A DNA stretch of 64,000 nt from Octopus bimaculoides. Lineage: Eukaryota. A program made the position numbers and the translations under genes. Numbering within the stretch: the stretch's first letter is position 1; every line of letters starts with the position of its first letter. Where the stretch lies: contig NC_068989.1 of NCBI RefSeq assembly GCF_001194135.2, positions 88,834,683 to 88,898,682 of the forward strand. Direction: 5' to 3'. Under the pieces are notes generated by a model. The model saw nothing but the letters and a program-made list of their open reading frames with translations, made no database searches and had not been told where the DNA came from. Shown here piece by piece: positions 1 to 13,815 of the stretch.

Positions 1-1410
1 AGGGCTATTAGACAAAAGAAACGGGCTTGGAAGAATGATGGTAGCAGGGAATTTTATCAGACTGCCAGAAGGGAAGCTAGGAGAGAGATTTATTTAGCCA
101 GAGGGGAAGCAGATAAGAAAAAATATGCCAATGTTCTGCGCCGTGAGGACTATAGACTTGACATATTTCGTGTTGCAAGACATTGTTTGAGAGAGAATCG
201 TGATGTCGTAGGAGAGAAATGTGTCTGCATGGATGATGGTTCACTCGCACTAAACATGGCTGCAAAGAGAGAGGTTTGGAGATGCCACTATGAAAGGTTG
301 CTCAATAAAGAGAATGAGTGGGAGAAAGAGTCTACCGAATGTCAACCCAACAGAGGGACCAGCTATCCGAGTTGACAGTACCATGGTAGATAAAGCAATT
401 AAGAGTATGAAGACGGGGAAAGCCCCCAGCCCATCAGGAATCACTGCAGAGATGCTCAAAATATCTGGCAGTGTCGGCTATAGCCTAGTATAGTTAACCA
501 GGTGATACATGAAGGAGTCATACCCAATGACTGGTGTAGCAGCACCATAGTCAACTGCTACAAAGGTAAAAGTGACGCTTTAGATACAAGTAATTAGAAG
601 TATCAAGTTGTTGGATCAGGTAATGAAGGTCATGGAGAGGGTCATAGCCCAACTAATTAGGAAGAGTCAATTTAGATGAGATGCAGTTTGAGTTTGTGCC
701 TGGGAAAAGCACCACTGATGCTATATTTCTGGTAAGACAGCTTCAGGAGAAATACCTAGCCAAAGATAAATCTCTGTACCTGGCTTTCATTGACATGGAG
801 AAAGCCTTTGACAGAGTCCCTTATCTGGTGGTCAATGAGGAAACTAGGGATAGATGAATGGTTAGTGAAAGCTGTGCAAGCCATGTACAAGGACGCTGTC
901 AGTAAGGTGAGGATTGGCAACAAGTACAGTGAACAATCCCGGTTAGATGTCCACCAAGGTTCAGTCCTCAGCCCTCTCCTATTTATCATAGTCCTCCAGG
1001 CAATAACAGAGGAATTCAAGACAGGTTGCCCCTGGGAGCTCCTCTATGCTGAGGACTTTGCCCTAGTTGCTGAGTCACTATCAGACCTAGAGAAGTTTCA
1101 GGAGTAGAATCGAAGGGCCTTAGAGTCAACCTAGCTAAAACCAGTCCTAATAAGTAGGAAGGTAGACAAAACACAAATCCCTTCAGGTAGATGGCCCTGC
1201 TCGATCTGTAGAAAAGGCATAGGTAGAAACTTTATAAGATGTACCCAGTGTAAGCTATGGACACATAAGAGGTGCAGCAATATCAAAGGAAGATGAACTG
1301 GGAAGATAGTTTTTGTATGTGGCAGATGCTCGGGAACAATAAACACTGAAAATGTGCAAAAAATAAGTTTTGCCACATTCCAGGGAGAAAAACTAGAAGT
1401 AGTTGATAGC
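1..1410 (+). mobile_element. RTE-clade non-LTR retrotransposon (LINE) ORF2 fragment, frameshifted; RT domain followed by a PHD-like Cys/His finger
   Basis: Stitched frames give KAPSPSGITAEMLK, FIDMEKAFDRVP, VHQGSVLSPLLFIIVL, LLYAEDFAL (YADD changed to YAED), then CSIC..CTQC..WTHKRC..CGRC. Multiple frameshifts and stops; runs off the left edge. Confidence 0.9.
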
Positions 1411-1499
1411 AGAAGCCAATTGTGAGTCTCATTTGAGCTAGCAGGGGATTTTTGTGGAGGGAGTCGGAAGTATTCTCTGGCCCTTTAGTTATATAGTAA

Positions 1500-2860
1500 T
1501 GCAAGGCTTAGTGTTTGTAGTGACCCTGAGGGATTTAGTTTTTTTTTTTTTTTTCCAGTTTGGTGGAAGAATGTGATATCGTTTTGTTAGTGTGTAGCAG
1601 TTGGTCTCTGTGCTGTTTTAAACAAGATTAGTGTGTCCCCTTTAGAGAGCAGTTTCAAAGTTGGTGCTTGTTGGACATAAAGTCTAGGTTGTGTGTAGAT
1701 GATGCTCGGAACAGAAGATTTCCATGTCTTCCCAGCTGAGGACCAAACTGCCTTATCTGACATACAATTATAAATTGTATATCAGTCTGGGAATGTTGTT
1801 GTATTCTGTCAACTGTCATATGTCTGTACATTCACAGTTGGTGTCCACAGTCAGAACATAACAGCTGTTTCAAGATGTTGTCGTGATCTTGGGTTCTTGT
1901 GTATATGTTTGAATATTTTGGAGGAGGTTTTTCATACAGCTACAGGTTATTGACATTGAAGCTTCCTACAGCAATAAAATATACTGTTTGTATTTCCAGG
2001 TGGTCTTTTATTATTATTTTGCTGTGTAGATGGTCAGTGATGTGCAGTGTGATATTTGTACTTTTGTGGTTTGTTGTGTACAGGATGGAGGGATACAAGT
2101 GGAACTGGCATAGTTTGTGATCTGTCTAATGTAGTGTGCAATTTTTAATTTGTTGGTCAAATGTGGTATGCATGATTGCTCCAATTATGCTTTGCATCTT
2201 TTTCCATTCTTTTTACCGAGTCTTCATGTATATGTTGCTACTATCTGTTGTGAAAACGGGTTTCAAGGGATTTTATATGAAACTGAAGTCCTTGTCATTC
2301 TGCAAACACTATGACATAATGCATCAGAATGTGATGTCATAAGCATGTAAAACTGTAGGTTTCATGGAGAAAGTTTTAGAGAAAGCTAATGAGTGGGTGA
2401 GAGCGTTGATCATTATCATATTCTGATTAGGAAGTAATGCATTGTTGCTCTTGTACATTATATAGGTGGCAATGTAACAAGTAGCATTTTGAGTTTCTAA
2501 AGGTAATGTTGAGTGGATTCCAGGAATGGAGTCAAGTTTTCTGTGAATTTGACAGTAAATGTTAGTGGGTTCGGCAATTCCTTTGTGCCATTGGTATTTT
2601 ACGTGTACTTTGTGTATATGTACATGGTAGTGATCCTGTATATCTGCAGGAACTGTTCCAACCTATCAGTATGAGTTGCTCTTGGTTGGAAGACTTTCCA
2701 TGATAGGCCTACTGGAGCCAAACAAGTCTCTCGAAGCTGTTAATGCTTTTTTTTCATTTCATTTTAATGAAACCCAAGTTATGTTAATTATCCCTGTAGT
2801 TATTCCACCCAGTCTTACTTGGCTTACTGCTGTTTCACTTTGAACTGCTGAATACACTTC
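1500..2860 (-). mobile_element. Highly degenerate retroelement relic, possibly Penelope-like
   Basis: Minus strand is A/C-rich like a retroelement sense strand. Broken peptides IYCQIHRK, PTVLHAYDIT and DTNCECTDI..LYVR loosely resemble RT and GIY-YIG-adjacent motifs. Visual match only. Confidence 0.3.
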
Positions 2861-2891
2861 TGGTTTTATAACAAACTGGTCCTACTTCTAT

Positions 2892-2892
<1 letters not shown>

Positions 2893-2952
<60 letters not shown>

Positions 2953-3188
2953 NNNNNNNNNNNNNNNNNNNNNNNNNNNNNNNNNNNNNNNNNNNNNNNN
3001 NNNNNNNNNNNNNNNNNNNNNNNNNNNNNNNNNNNNNNNNNNNNNNNNNNNNNNNNNNNNNNNNNNNNNNNNNNNNNNNNNNNNNNNNNNNNNNNNNNNN
3101 NNNNNNNNNNNNNNNNNNNNNNNNNNNNNNNNNNNNNNNNNNNNNNNNNNNNNNNNNNNNNNNNNNNNNNNNNNNNNNNNNNNNNNNN

Positions 3189-3269
<81 letters not shown>
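2893..3269. repeat. (CT)n microsatellite spanning an assembly gap
   Basis: Directly visible CT dinucleotide runs on both sides of an N-run. Confidence 0.95.
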
Positions 3270-3272
<3 letters not shown>

Positions 3273-3827
3273 TTATAGATTTAGTTTTATTTTCTATCAA
3301 AATTGAAGAATAAGTATCATTAGCTCTAAGATTCCAAAGGGTCAATTACTGATACACTGCATTTCTAGCTGTGTGAGTAGTGTTTGTGACTTAGTGCTGA
3401 ACAAAATTGCAAGGGGCCTCACTAAATGTTCTCTTCATCTTATGTTTACATCCCTCCCAAAAGCTATATAAGTAGTCACATGCATGCATGTGCACACACA
3501 CACACACACTATATTTATTCATATATATCATGCACTTAGATTTTTAAACTTAGGAATTGGGCAGAAGACTTTTTTGGAGGGGTGGTGGTGGGGTAATATT
3601 TTGTCACATCTTAATTTACAAAGTTTATCTCGTCTGATTTTCTAAAAAAAACAATTTTTAAAAACTTGTCGGGGTTTCAGAATAAGCACTCACTTCCAAC
3701 TTTTTTATTTTTATTTTCTGAAGATAGTAAAAATTAGTTCAGTGTTTTCAAATAGAATTGTGATTTTTTTTTTTTTTAATATCTTTTTTTACCCTGTGTG
3801 TTCTATCCCTGTTTAACATAAATATGG

Positions 3828-4022
3828 TACCCTTTTAACATTTATGTTGAAATATACCTTTGTTTTAATTAATTTTGAAAATGAAGAGTTTAGTAAAATA
3901 AATTGGTGTTTGGAACATAAATTAAGGTGAAAATTTGATAGGTTTTAAATTAGATCATTTTAAAATAAGACATTTTTTATCAGAATCAGGCAACTTCAGG
4001 TAAGTTGGTATTCAAGAGTTAA
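3828..4022. mobile_element. piggyBac-like MITE remnant
   Basis: Ends in ggtattcaagagTTAA. The reverse complement (ttaactcttgaataccaac) matches another copy end at about 19524 (taaacccttttgataccaac). TTAA-CCC-type terminus. Confidence 0.45.
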
Positions 4023-5162
4023 ATTACTGATTCAGTTTTAAATGCTTCTGGTGGAGCTACCCAATCTCCAAGTATTGTATCGAGACACATGGATGGAATT
4101 TAAAATAGAATTAGTTGCTATTTTTAACAATACTTGATACAGCCTTGACATCCAGTGATTTGGTTCATGTATTCTTGCATCACATTCATTGGATCAGCTG
4201 GTTGTGATTTAAGAGCAATGTGGCTGTTTTTAATGTCTACATATGATATTTAAAACAGTTGGATGTTTGGGAAAAATTAAGCTGCCCATTGGCAAGTACA
4301 TAGTACAACCTGGAGTTGGGTTGTTTAAAGAGGACTTCTTTTAACATGAAACTGTCTTCAGAAGGTAGGCATATACATTAGTTGTTGCTATTCATGCAAT
4401 TTCATGTATAAGGGGTTCAATATTTGGGAACAATTTCCAATCCTAGTTAATTTTGTATCTAGTCTGTTGTTCAACTGTCACAAAATAGTATAGTTTTACT
4501 TGCATTGGTAAAGTTCTAAGATCACTTGAATTTTTTTGTTTACTATAGTTTCTTTTTTTTTTTTTTAATGTATATTATACAACGATTAATTATCTAATTC
4601 CTTTTTTCTGTAAAGAAGTCAGATAATTCATGTACTTCATTATAACTTTTTGTCGTTTCTTTGCCCTTTAGAGTTGCACAATGCACATAGGTACGCGTTA
4701 TATGTGAATAAATAGGGTGATAGGCTTCTGCACAATTTCTAGCTATCAAATTCCACCCCCAATGTATTGGTCAATCTGATGCTGTAATAGAAGACACAAA
4801 TGTTCAAAATACAGTGTACTTGAACCTGGAACAATGTGATTTCAAAGTATTTTTCAACCGCACAGCTATGCCACCATCTGTTTTAATTCTAATCATTTAA
4901 AAACGTTTTGGTTTTATTAGTTTTAAGTATATCATAATTAAGCAGTGTCACCTGTCACATTTGCTATTTTTTACAAAACATGTTTTTTGTTTTGTATATT
5001 TGCATTTAAAAGGTGGTTTTTATTTGAAGATTGTGATGTTCTTTGTGTCCAATACTTCTGTGGTGTCTTGACAATCTACCCTGCAGTCATACTTTTCCAA
5101 AGAGTACATATATCGTATTGCTGGTTTAGTTTCAAATCAAGAAATTTCTTATATAATTTTAT

Positions 5163-5490
5163 TTTTACTTATTTCAGTCATTTTACTGTGGCCATGCTGG
5201 AGCACTGCATGACTTATTCTTTGTAAGCCTAGTACTTATTCTATTGGTCTGTTTTGCTGAACCGCTAGGTTACTAGGACGTAAACACACCATCAGTTGTC
5301 AGGTGGGGAGGTGTAAACACACACACATACATGCATTAGGCTTCCTTCAGTTTCCATCTATCAAATCCACTCACAAGACTTTGGTTGGCCTGAGACTATA
5401 GTTGACACTTGCCCAAAGTGCTATGCAGTGGGACTGAACCCAGAACCATGTGGTTGGGAAGCAAGCTTCTTGCTACACAGCCACTCTTGT
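5163..5490 (-). mobile_element. tRNA-derived SINE family A, decayed copy
   Basis: Colinear with the younger copies at 49506, 51205 and 54725 (cagtcatt..gccatgctggagcac..ctaccaaatccactcacaag..acacagccactc). Confidence 0.8.
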
Positions 5491-7360
5491 GTGTGTGATT
5501 TTAGGCAGCAGATTGGCAGAGATGTTAGAACATTGAAATGTTTCAGCTTGCTGGGCCCTGATTTCAGCATCCTCTCAAGGTCAACTTTGCCTTTCATCCT
5601 TTCAGGGTTTATAAAGTATCTTTCTTTTGGATTGGCAGAATTGTTAGTGCTTTGGACAGTGCTTTGCAGTATCTGTTCCAGCTCTGTGCTTTCTGAGTTC
5701 AACTTGCAACTGATGCTATCTGCCATTTAGCAATTGTAAAATCAAGGAAACTGTTTTCTTTGTTTATTGGCTGCTCTGTGATGATTTCAATAACTGCCAC
5801 CATGATGCTGTACCATTGTTAGCTTTGTCTTCAAATTTAGCAACAGAAACCTAATCTCTTTTTTCTTAATCCTTATTATTATGGTCTGAAAATGTTACAT
5901 TGTGGTATTAGACTGTTAAAACCTTCTCATTAAAGAAAAAAACTGGAGTTGTAAGTGGAATATGTAGATTCATATTGTTTTCTCAATAACAGCTAAGAAG
6001 TTTAACGAACTGTATAAAAAAAATTCCCCGGTGGTAGTAGTATTGTTAAGTACACCCCAGTCAGTTTCTGCAAATTTACTTCTTTCAGTATTCACCAATC
6101 CCAATGGTAGTATATCATCTTAGCCAGCTGGCAAGGTGAATATTTTCATTTTCTTTCATATGTTGGACTCTATATTTAATGATGACTAACCATCAACCTC
6201 TTTTTACTATGTTATTCACCGTAATATTCAATTAAAATCCTAAAATAACTATCTCAAGGAAACTGCCTAAGTTATATACATAGCAGTGTCCTGGAACTTA
6301 GACTTTGGCTTGGCATTTTTTCTCTACTTTCAAAACTATTTTAAACCAACTACCAGTATTACAAATATACAAATTCTCTTTATGTAAAAAAAAAAAAGAA
6401 AACTTAAGCAAACACTTGCACTGACGCAAATATTAAAAAAGGCAACAATGTTTACTTTCTTCATTTTGTGACCATGAATTGTCGATTTGATAGTAACCAT
6501 ACTAAAAGCCAGTCATAGTTTGGTGAATTCTGTTTGCATGTTGGGATATCGTCTATCAGCTGTTATTCTTGTAACCTCTATTTTACATTTTCTTTATGCT
6601 TTTCCATTTATCTTTTTAATATATTTCTTTTATTTTTATTCCTCTTCTGGCAAAACTTTTTTATCAAGGTGCATGTTTAATCTCTGATGATTGTTTTTCC
6701 TACACAGATTTCTGGTATATTTGTAGTAAATATCTCTTGGTGAATTTTATATTCTGATTGATATTCTAGTTCTACAATTATACTAATCTGTTTTTGAATT
6801 GCTTCACTCCCCATATTAAATTTGTAAATGGTGCTGTCTCACAGTCAAAATAAAATTAGAAGTTTGGAACCTGGTTTCAATTCCTAGTTGGTCTTTTTTC
6901 ACTTATCTTTCCCATGTTTCAGTCACCCCTCCCCTTCCACTAAGTTGTACAGCTGGATACCATTATTAACTTAATTAAGGCAGACTTGAGTGAACAATAT
7001 ACTTTTGTCTCACACTGGCTAATTGGTAGAGATTCACTCTCCAGTATTTTCCATACACTTTCACATACTTTTTCCTTTCTCTCCTTTAGCTGCTAATAGC
7101 CATTGTGTTTGTTTTCTTTCTTTCTTTCTCTGAACCAATAAGGAGTACAGCTCTTGTTCAGGCCCAGTACAATTCTTCTCACCAGCCTTGTCTCACTTCA
7201 CCATAAATTATACTAACATCTTTTAATTATTATTTTACACATTTGTGAACATGCAGTCTCCAAACAGAATACAATGGTTGACTCCCCAGAACTGTAGTTT
7301 GTTGGATTAAGTTTGTAAATGTAAGAAACTTGGAACTGAAGTAATTTACCTTCACAGGTT

Positions 7361-7521
7361 CATCATCATTTAACGTTTGTCTTCCATGCTGGCATGGGTT
7401 GGCCGATTCTACAGGAGCTTGCAAGTCGGAGGATTTCACCAAGCTCCACTGTCTGTTTTTAGACTTTTTTTTTATATATATATGGCTGGATGCCCTTCCT
7501 AATACCAACCACTTTACAGAG
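7361..7521 (-). mobile_element. SINE/LINE 3' end, family C, with (GAT)n tail
   Basis: catcatcatttaacg..ttccatgctggcatgggttgg..ggatgcccttcctaa..ccaaccac recurs at 16829, 18968, 20345, 26657 and 45473. Confidence 0.75.
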
Positions 7522-9778
7522 TTAGAATCTTAAATCTCTCTTCATCAATTACTCAACCAGCCCAAATCCTAATTGTTTCTGTGCCATGCTGGCATAGAAA
7601 ACAATGGATACAAATCTTTGAGGTAAGACTTATTTGGCAAAATACCTATATAAAAAAAAAAGTCTGAATTTTGAAGGTAAATTAGAAAGCTGGATAAATC
7701 TTCCCTAGATTGTGCAGTGGTGTGTGTATAGGGTCCTCTTCTCCTGAGACATTTCCATTGCATATGTTGTATGCTTCTCAAACTGCCAATCAAAAGTACA
7801 CTTAACACAATTTTCATTTTTTACTCTCTAATTTATCAGACTTTTTTTTTTTAATTTCCAAATATTTAGGAATGATGATTCCAGGTTATCCTTGTTTAGT
7901 CCCAGATCAGCTCTATGGTTGAAGGCAATCGAGTCAGGAGCCTTTTCTTCAGTGTATTTATCTAGGGCTGGCAAAATTCCCAAAATTAAGAGATAATGGG
8001 GTTAGAGCCCCGAACGACACTGTCAAAACCGTACCTTGGACTGTATTTTACACACACACATAATAGGATGTGATAGAGGGATTTGGTTGCTATAGTTGGC
8101 ATTTGAACTACACAAAGGCTTCTTTGTTGGTTTAATAGTTACTGGCTGCTGTGGATGTCTTTTTTATAAATGAATGCTGATTACTATTGAGAATTGTTCC
8201 ATGGCTATTGAATTTATTACCTTAGTTCATGATTTACTCATTAGATACCTCCACACTTCAATCTGTATAACAAAATAACTGCATAACATCCATTAGTTGC
8301 CCTTCAGTTATTGATCAGATGTTCCAAAAATGTTTTCTTGGTGGTGACTGACAAAAATTTATAGTGGTTTTTCCTTATTGTTAAACCACTTTGAACGGCT
8401 TAGCATTTCTGCTGCTAACTGACATAGTTTACATTTTATAAGCAACGGTCTAATTCATCTCCTGACTGTTGGAGGCATGAAATTACAAGATTAACAGCCA
8501 TTACACAAAACTTTATCCGAAGAAAGAAATGTTTCAAGTCTAAACTTGGACCTCGCCTTTATGAAGTCATGTATTGCTTATCAGAAGCATGAAGGATGTC
8601 TTCTAGAGTCAGTTATGTATGTTGCAAAGTTAATTTGATGACAGTTGCATAGTATTTATGTTATAGTGGTGCTATCCAATTTATCTGCCCTATTAGTACC
8701 TAGAATCAATGAATATTATGAGTGGTCCTCTATTGATATATTAAGTCCTGTGTTGCTACAGTGTACATAATTTACAAATTAGCTTAAATTAAAATTGATT
8801 GAAAATACACACTGTTAGAAATTATTATTTACCAAAATTTGTAGATTCATCAATCAAAATACCATGTATTTCTTATGGCTCTTTGTTCTGAATGAAAATC
8901 CCACTGCGGTCAGCTTTCCCCTTTATCCCTTTGGAGTCTAAAAATAAGTACCAGTTGAATAGTCAAATGTGTCTAAATCAGAAACTATTTTCGTTTCCCT
9001 CTCCTTTCTTCTCGTTGGTAATTCTTTGAAGTTTGTCTGAACTGCTTCTGAGAGTGACCTTGACTGTCCAGGTAAAATGAGTTCAGTCTGAGCTGAACAA
9101 TCTTAATAATACCAATAATTAGCTGGTTGACACTTATACATATCAAGTCATTGACAATATTTGGCCTCTGGTTGCACTACTCTTTCGCTTGGACCATGGG
9201 AACACGGTTTTGTGCGATATCAAAAGCTCTGCTTAGCTGTAGCCATGGGTTTTACATTTCTGAATGTTTTTTTTTCATGCTTCATTTCCTCCTTGTTTTT
9301 TCAGAGTAATTTCACATATTTGATTTTTTTAATTTCCTTGTTTGCACCTGTTGTAAACAAGGAAATATGTTTACTGGAGGCAAATGTATATCATTATATT
9401 GCAGTAGCTTTTCTAACATTTTATTTCTCTTTGTTGTCATTTACTTAAATATATAATTTCATTAGTCAAATAATTTAAATTCTAACAAATCTGTGTCCAA
9501 TAAAAAATACGCTATCACTCTTTTATTGAGTGTAGGTGGAATTATTTTGTTTTTTGAAAAGCAAAAATATTTTGTGTTGCTCTATAGGTGAGGTGTATAT
9601 GTTTTAGCTGGCAGACTTGTTTCTTTTTATCCTTTCAATCTGTTTTTAGCTATAAAACTAGCTTTAACTGGAATGATTCAAGGCATTTAACAGCTTTTAG
9701 TTGTAGGTGTGAATCAGGCAGCTAGCACAACTCACACTGTTCTTACAAATGCCTCACTATTCTAATCTTCCTCCACAG

Positions 9779-9915
9779 ATAAGGATTCTATTTCAGTATT
9801 TTGGTGTGGCAACCAGTCACTTCAGGACTGCTTAAACTATTTTCCTATATGGGATTCTTTTAAAAAGTGGGATGCTATTGTTTCGTTTAAAACTTAGGGA
9901 TCATTCAGATAAGTG
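9779..9915 (+). other. Candidate non-coding 5'UTR exon of the DNAJB6-like gene
   Basis: ctaat branch-like motif and pyrimidine tract ending ctccacAG at 9778; TG|GTAAGT donor at 9916. No expression evidence. Confidence 0.25.
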
Positions 9916-10190
9916 GTAAGTAGGTATTTGCCGTTAATATTCTTCGTTCCTTAACACTACTTCACCTGGCTTGCCTTCTTCCAATTCTCTTTTTCTTTCT
10001 TTTTTTCTCTCTCTCTGTCCTTGACTGGTTTGGCTCTTTATAGTGAGTGTTTATACTTCTGCTGGTGGGTAAACCTCACTGGAATGTTGGAGCTTCCCAT
10101 TAATGGTTGGTTGTTGCCCTTATTAGTATGATTCTAGCAGACTTCTAAATTAGTCATCTTTTTTCTCTCTCTCTTTCTTTNNNNNNNNNN

Positions 10191-10231
<41 letters not shown>

Positions 10232-12647
10232 AACAGCTGTTGTTTCCTGCTTGGGGTGATGAAGATTTTTCTTCTAATAAAAAAACATTTTAATTCACGT
10301 ACTCTCCATATTGAATGTTATCTGTTGCGTTAGAATAAGCTGATGCAGCATCTCTTGATTTCGTTTTGTTCTGTTCTGCAGTTTCTTCTTGGGTTATGTT
10401 TATTAACCGAGCATTCATTTCCCCCAATCTGACATTTTACTAATCTCTCGATTTTACTGTCATTATTTCGTTTTTATTTCTTTCTTCTCTGTGCCTAATA
10501 TCTCATTGTTTCCCTTTTGTTTGTTCTGTTGGTTTGTGCCAGCAATTTCTGGCTTCCGAACTGCTTAATGTTGCAGAATTTTGAATTATTGCTATTTGTA
10601 TAGGGATCTTTTATTTGCAAGGAGCAGTGTTACCTCTTTATAAAGGAAATGTACCAGAACTAAACTTAAAACTTTTTTTTATTGGTTTACTAGAGTAGTG
10701 TAACTGAAATTATAATAAAATTAATACAGAAAACTAAAAAAAAATTAAGTTATAAGCTTCATAATTAGTTACCAATTTCCGTACTTATATTAAAAATATA
10801 GCAAAGCTATTTATTAGTTTCTATCTTTGAAGTGAAGAGGTTGTTTTGACATTTTTGTTCATTACTCAGGTCAAATTTTATTTACTGTCCTTTTTTTTTA
10901 ATATTGGTAAACCAGTATATACTATTTCAAATGCAGTTTAAGTACTCCTCCAGGTACTTATTTTCTTATTGCTGGTTTTCTAATATGAAAATTTGTTGTA
11001 TAAATTGTTTTATCTAATTGGAATATCAATGAATGAATAAGCAGTTGGAATGTTGTTGTTGACTACTTCTTTCTCCATACAAAAACTTTGTATTTTAATA
11101 GATGTGACATTGAAGATCATATAAAAAGCATTGTAGCAATATATTCCATAAAATACACAAATTCCCACAATGTTTTATTTCTGTTCCATCAATTAGTATA
11201 GATATTGTTTCATTAATTTCAAGAAAACCTGTTTGCTAATTTTTTTTCGTTTTCTTGGTTTGATTTGAAGGCAACTGTACTCATAGTCCTCCTGGTCCCT
11301 CTGTTCGATATTTTGAATAATTAGAATAAAGTTGTTCACAACACAAACAAAAGAAAGCATTTATGCTGCACACAAGTTTCTTGTTCATGCTTTGCTATAA
11401 TGCCTAAAAGATACACAATTTCTCTAAATGACCAAATTGTTTTATAGACTAGCAACATCTGCAAAAGATCCATTGACTACAGGTTTTTCCTCTCTGCAAC
11501 TGAGGGTTTTTAAAATTTTTTTTTTTTTTCATGTTCCTCAAAAGTATCCAATCACTTTTACAAGTTGATGATGGCAATTATAAGATTTAAAAAAATATTA
11601 GGTTTTTCATTGTATTATGGCTCTTGAAAAATTAGCATCAAGTTATGTAATGCTATCTATAGTTGTCTGACCCCATTCTCATCCAGTGGTCGAACAACAG
11701 TAAAACATCAGATGGTAGTAACTCTCTCTGGAGCTGTACAATGAAAATAAGCAGTGTTCTCTATTTTTAACTGCAGCCAGAAGCAAGTTTTCCCCAACTT
11801 ATTTTATTCTCTCCTCCCACAGACTTGCTTAAACATGTATCATTGTCACTAAGTCTGCTTTTCATTAGTCTAATACAAGCTGCAAGTGTTCTTTAATCTT
11901 TCACTTATATGCACTACTAGACATGTCATTAGTTTTATTAAATCTAGCTTCTAATCTTTCTGATTTGCCCATAATTATAATCTTCACTATATTTATCACC
12001 TACTTAATTATTTGTACATTTTTCTCATTTCTTATTTGAAAAGTTTTCAAGAAATTTTTAATTTGGAAGTAATTGTCAGTAAAGATAAAAATTTCTATTG
12101 CTCTAAGACCAAAGTGAAGAGGAAATATTTTAATTTTTATAATAGATGCCCCATGTTCTTGCATGTCGTAAGAGATAGCTAAAAGGGCTGATTAAACAAG
12201 GGTATCTAACAGTGAAACCTGTTCAACTCCTGCCAACATTAAATATGAAATGCATCATGAGGATATACATGTGTGTATGTAAGGAGACATAGTCATGGAC
12301 ACCTAATTTCCTTTTTTATAACCATGGAGAGATCTAAATTTCTTGCATGATTGAAAATCTAATTATTTATTATGCAGCTAAGCAGATTGGAGTTATTTTA
12401 ATCTAAATCTCATCCAGTGCTGACTTTTGGACTCTTATTTCGTTAAGCAGGATTAATTAGAAACTAGAATTTAGAGACTGTTGGCTTCTGTTATTTTCTC
12501 ATTTAAATTTCATTATGAACTTGTTCTACTTCTGGAATTATTACTGCTTTAATAGAACCTATTTGATAAATGTATATTGGATAGGTTGAAAAATGAAACA
12601 GTACACAACTTCTTCAGTGGGTAATCTTTTCAAAGGGTGATATTTAA

Positions 12648-12857
12648 GGTGGCGAGCTGGCAGAAAGGTTAGCACACCGGGCAAAATGCTTAGCAGTATT
12701 TCATCTATCTTTGTTCTGAGTTCAAATTCCACCGAGGTCAACTTTGCCTTTCTTCCTTTCAGGGTTGATAAATTAAGTACCAGTTACATACTGGGGTTGA
12801 TCTGATCAACTGGTCCCCTCCCCAAAAATTTTGGGCCTTGTACCTAGAGTAGAAAAG
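12648..12857 (+). mobile_element. tRNA-derived SINE family B
   Basis: ggtggcgagctggcag..gttctgagttcaaattcc (B-box-like), colinear with copies at 63027 and 63532. Possible gatattt TSD (12639-12645 / 12858-12864). Confidence 0.85.
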
Positions 12858-12944
12858 GATATTTCTGTTAACACCCCCCAGGATTGGATTAGCTTCAGAA
12901 TTGACAATGTTGATTTAGAGTAATCTTTAAAAGTAATACAATGA

Positions 12945-13815
12945 ATATGGCTGTATAGTTAGATTGGTTTCTTGGCTATATGGTTTTGGGTTCAGTCCCA
13001 GTGTGTAGTACCTTAGCATCAAACTGACCAGAGTGGCTCTGATAAACTGAAAGATACCTTATTTTGACTTTGTGCATCAGAAAATAAGCTCCACCATCAA
13101 ACAACTGGTGTCATTTCCAATCTTATATAAAAACATGTTTGGGGAAATATTACCTTGCTTGGAAATGTGTAAGGGTTTAATTCTTTATTGCCCGCTGGGG
13201 GCCAACAGAGAGGGGACAATACAAAAACACAGGTCTATAAAAACGTATGAATTTTACATAAAGATTTTTAAATTTATGACAAACTTAATGCGTATGTTAG
13301 ACAATAGAAAACAGCAGTGAGGGGGTTGGCTCCGACCCCACAAGCACTATTCCACCACTGAAACCTTTTAGTTTTCCTTCATGGTTTACACTTGCATACG
13401 GTCATTCATACTTAACATTTGTACTACACCCTTCCATCTTTTGTTATATATAACAGATGACAAACATCTCTTCTCCAGCTGTATTTTCCTTAAGATGGAA
13501 AATGAGGAAACTCACCAAACCCCGGCTGGAGATGAAGATGCTTGTTGTTACTGCTTTCATTCAGGCCTTCCATACTGCCTCTATCACCATAGCAATCACA
13601 ACAAGAAAACAAACCTTTTCTTCCTTGTTAAAGGAAGACAGTGGAGCAATCTTTGATTCAGGTGGCAGCTGTACTCTTCCCATACGAGACAGCAGCTATT
13701 TGACATTAGAAACAGGTAAAGGTTAGCAATAGGAAGGGCATACCACCATAGAAGATAAGCTTCAAATTCTGTCTGACCCATGCAAGCATGGAAAAGTAGG
13801 TATTAAAATGATTGT
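12945..13815 (+). mobile_element. Old SINE (A-like head, family C tail) split by a LINE fragment
   Basis: Head ggttttgggttcagtccca at about 12985; tail gacccatgcaagcatggaaaag at about 13775-13797; interrupted at 13181-13697. Confidence 0.55.
13181..13697 (-). mobile_element. L1/Tx1-like LINE 3' fragment (ORF2 C-terminus plus 3' tail)
   Basis: Minus strand reads EKVCFLVVIAMVIEAVWKA*MKA..SRGLVSFLIFHLKK..RWKGV, followed by a tail ending gggcaataaagaa. Clade assignment is from recall of similar C-termini. Confidence 0.55.
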
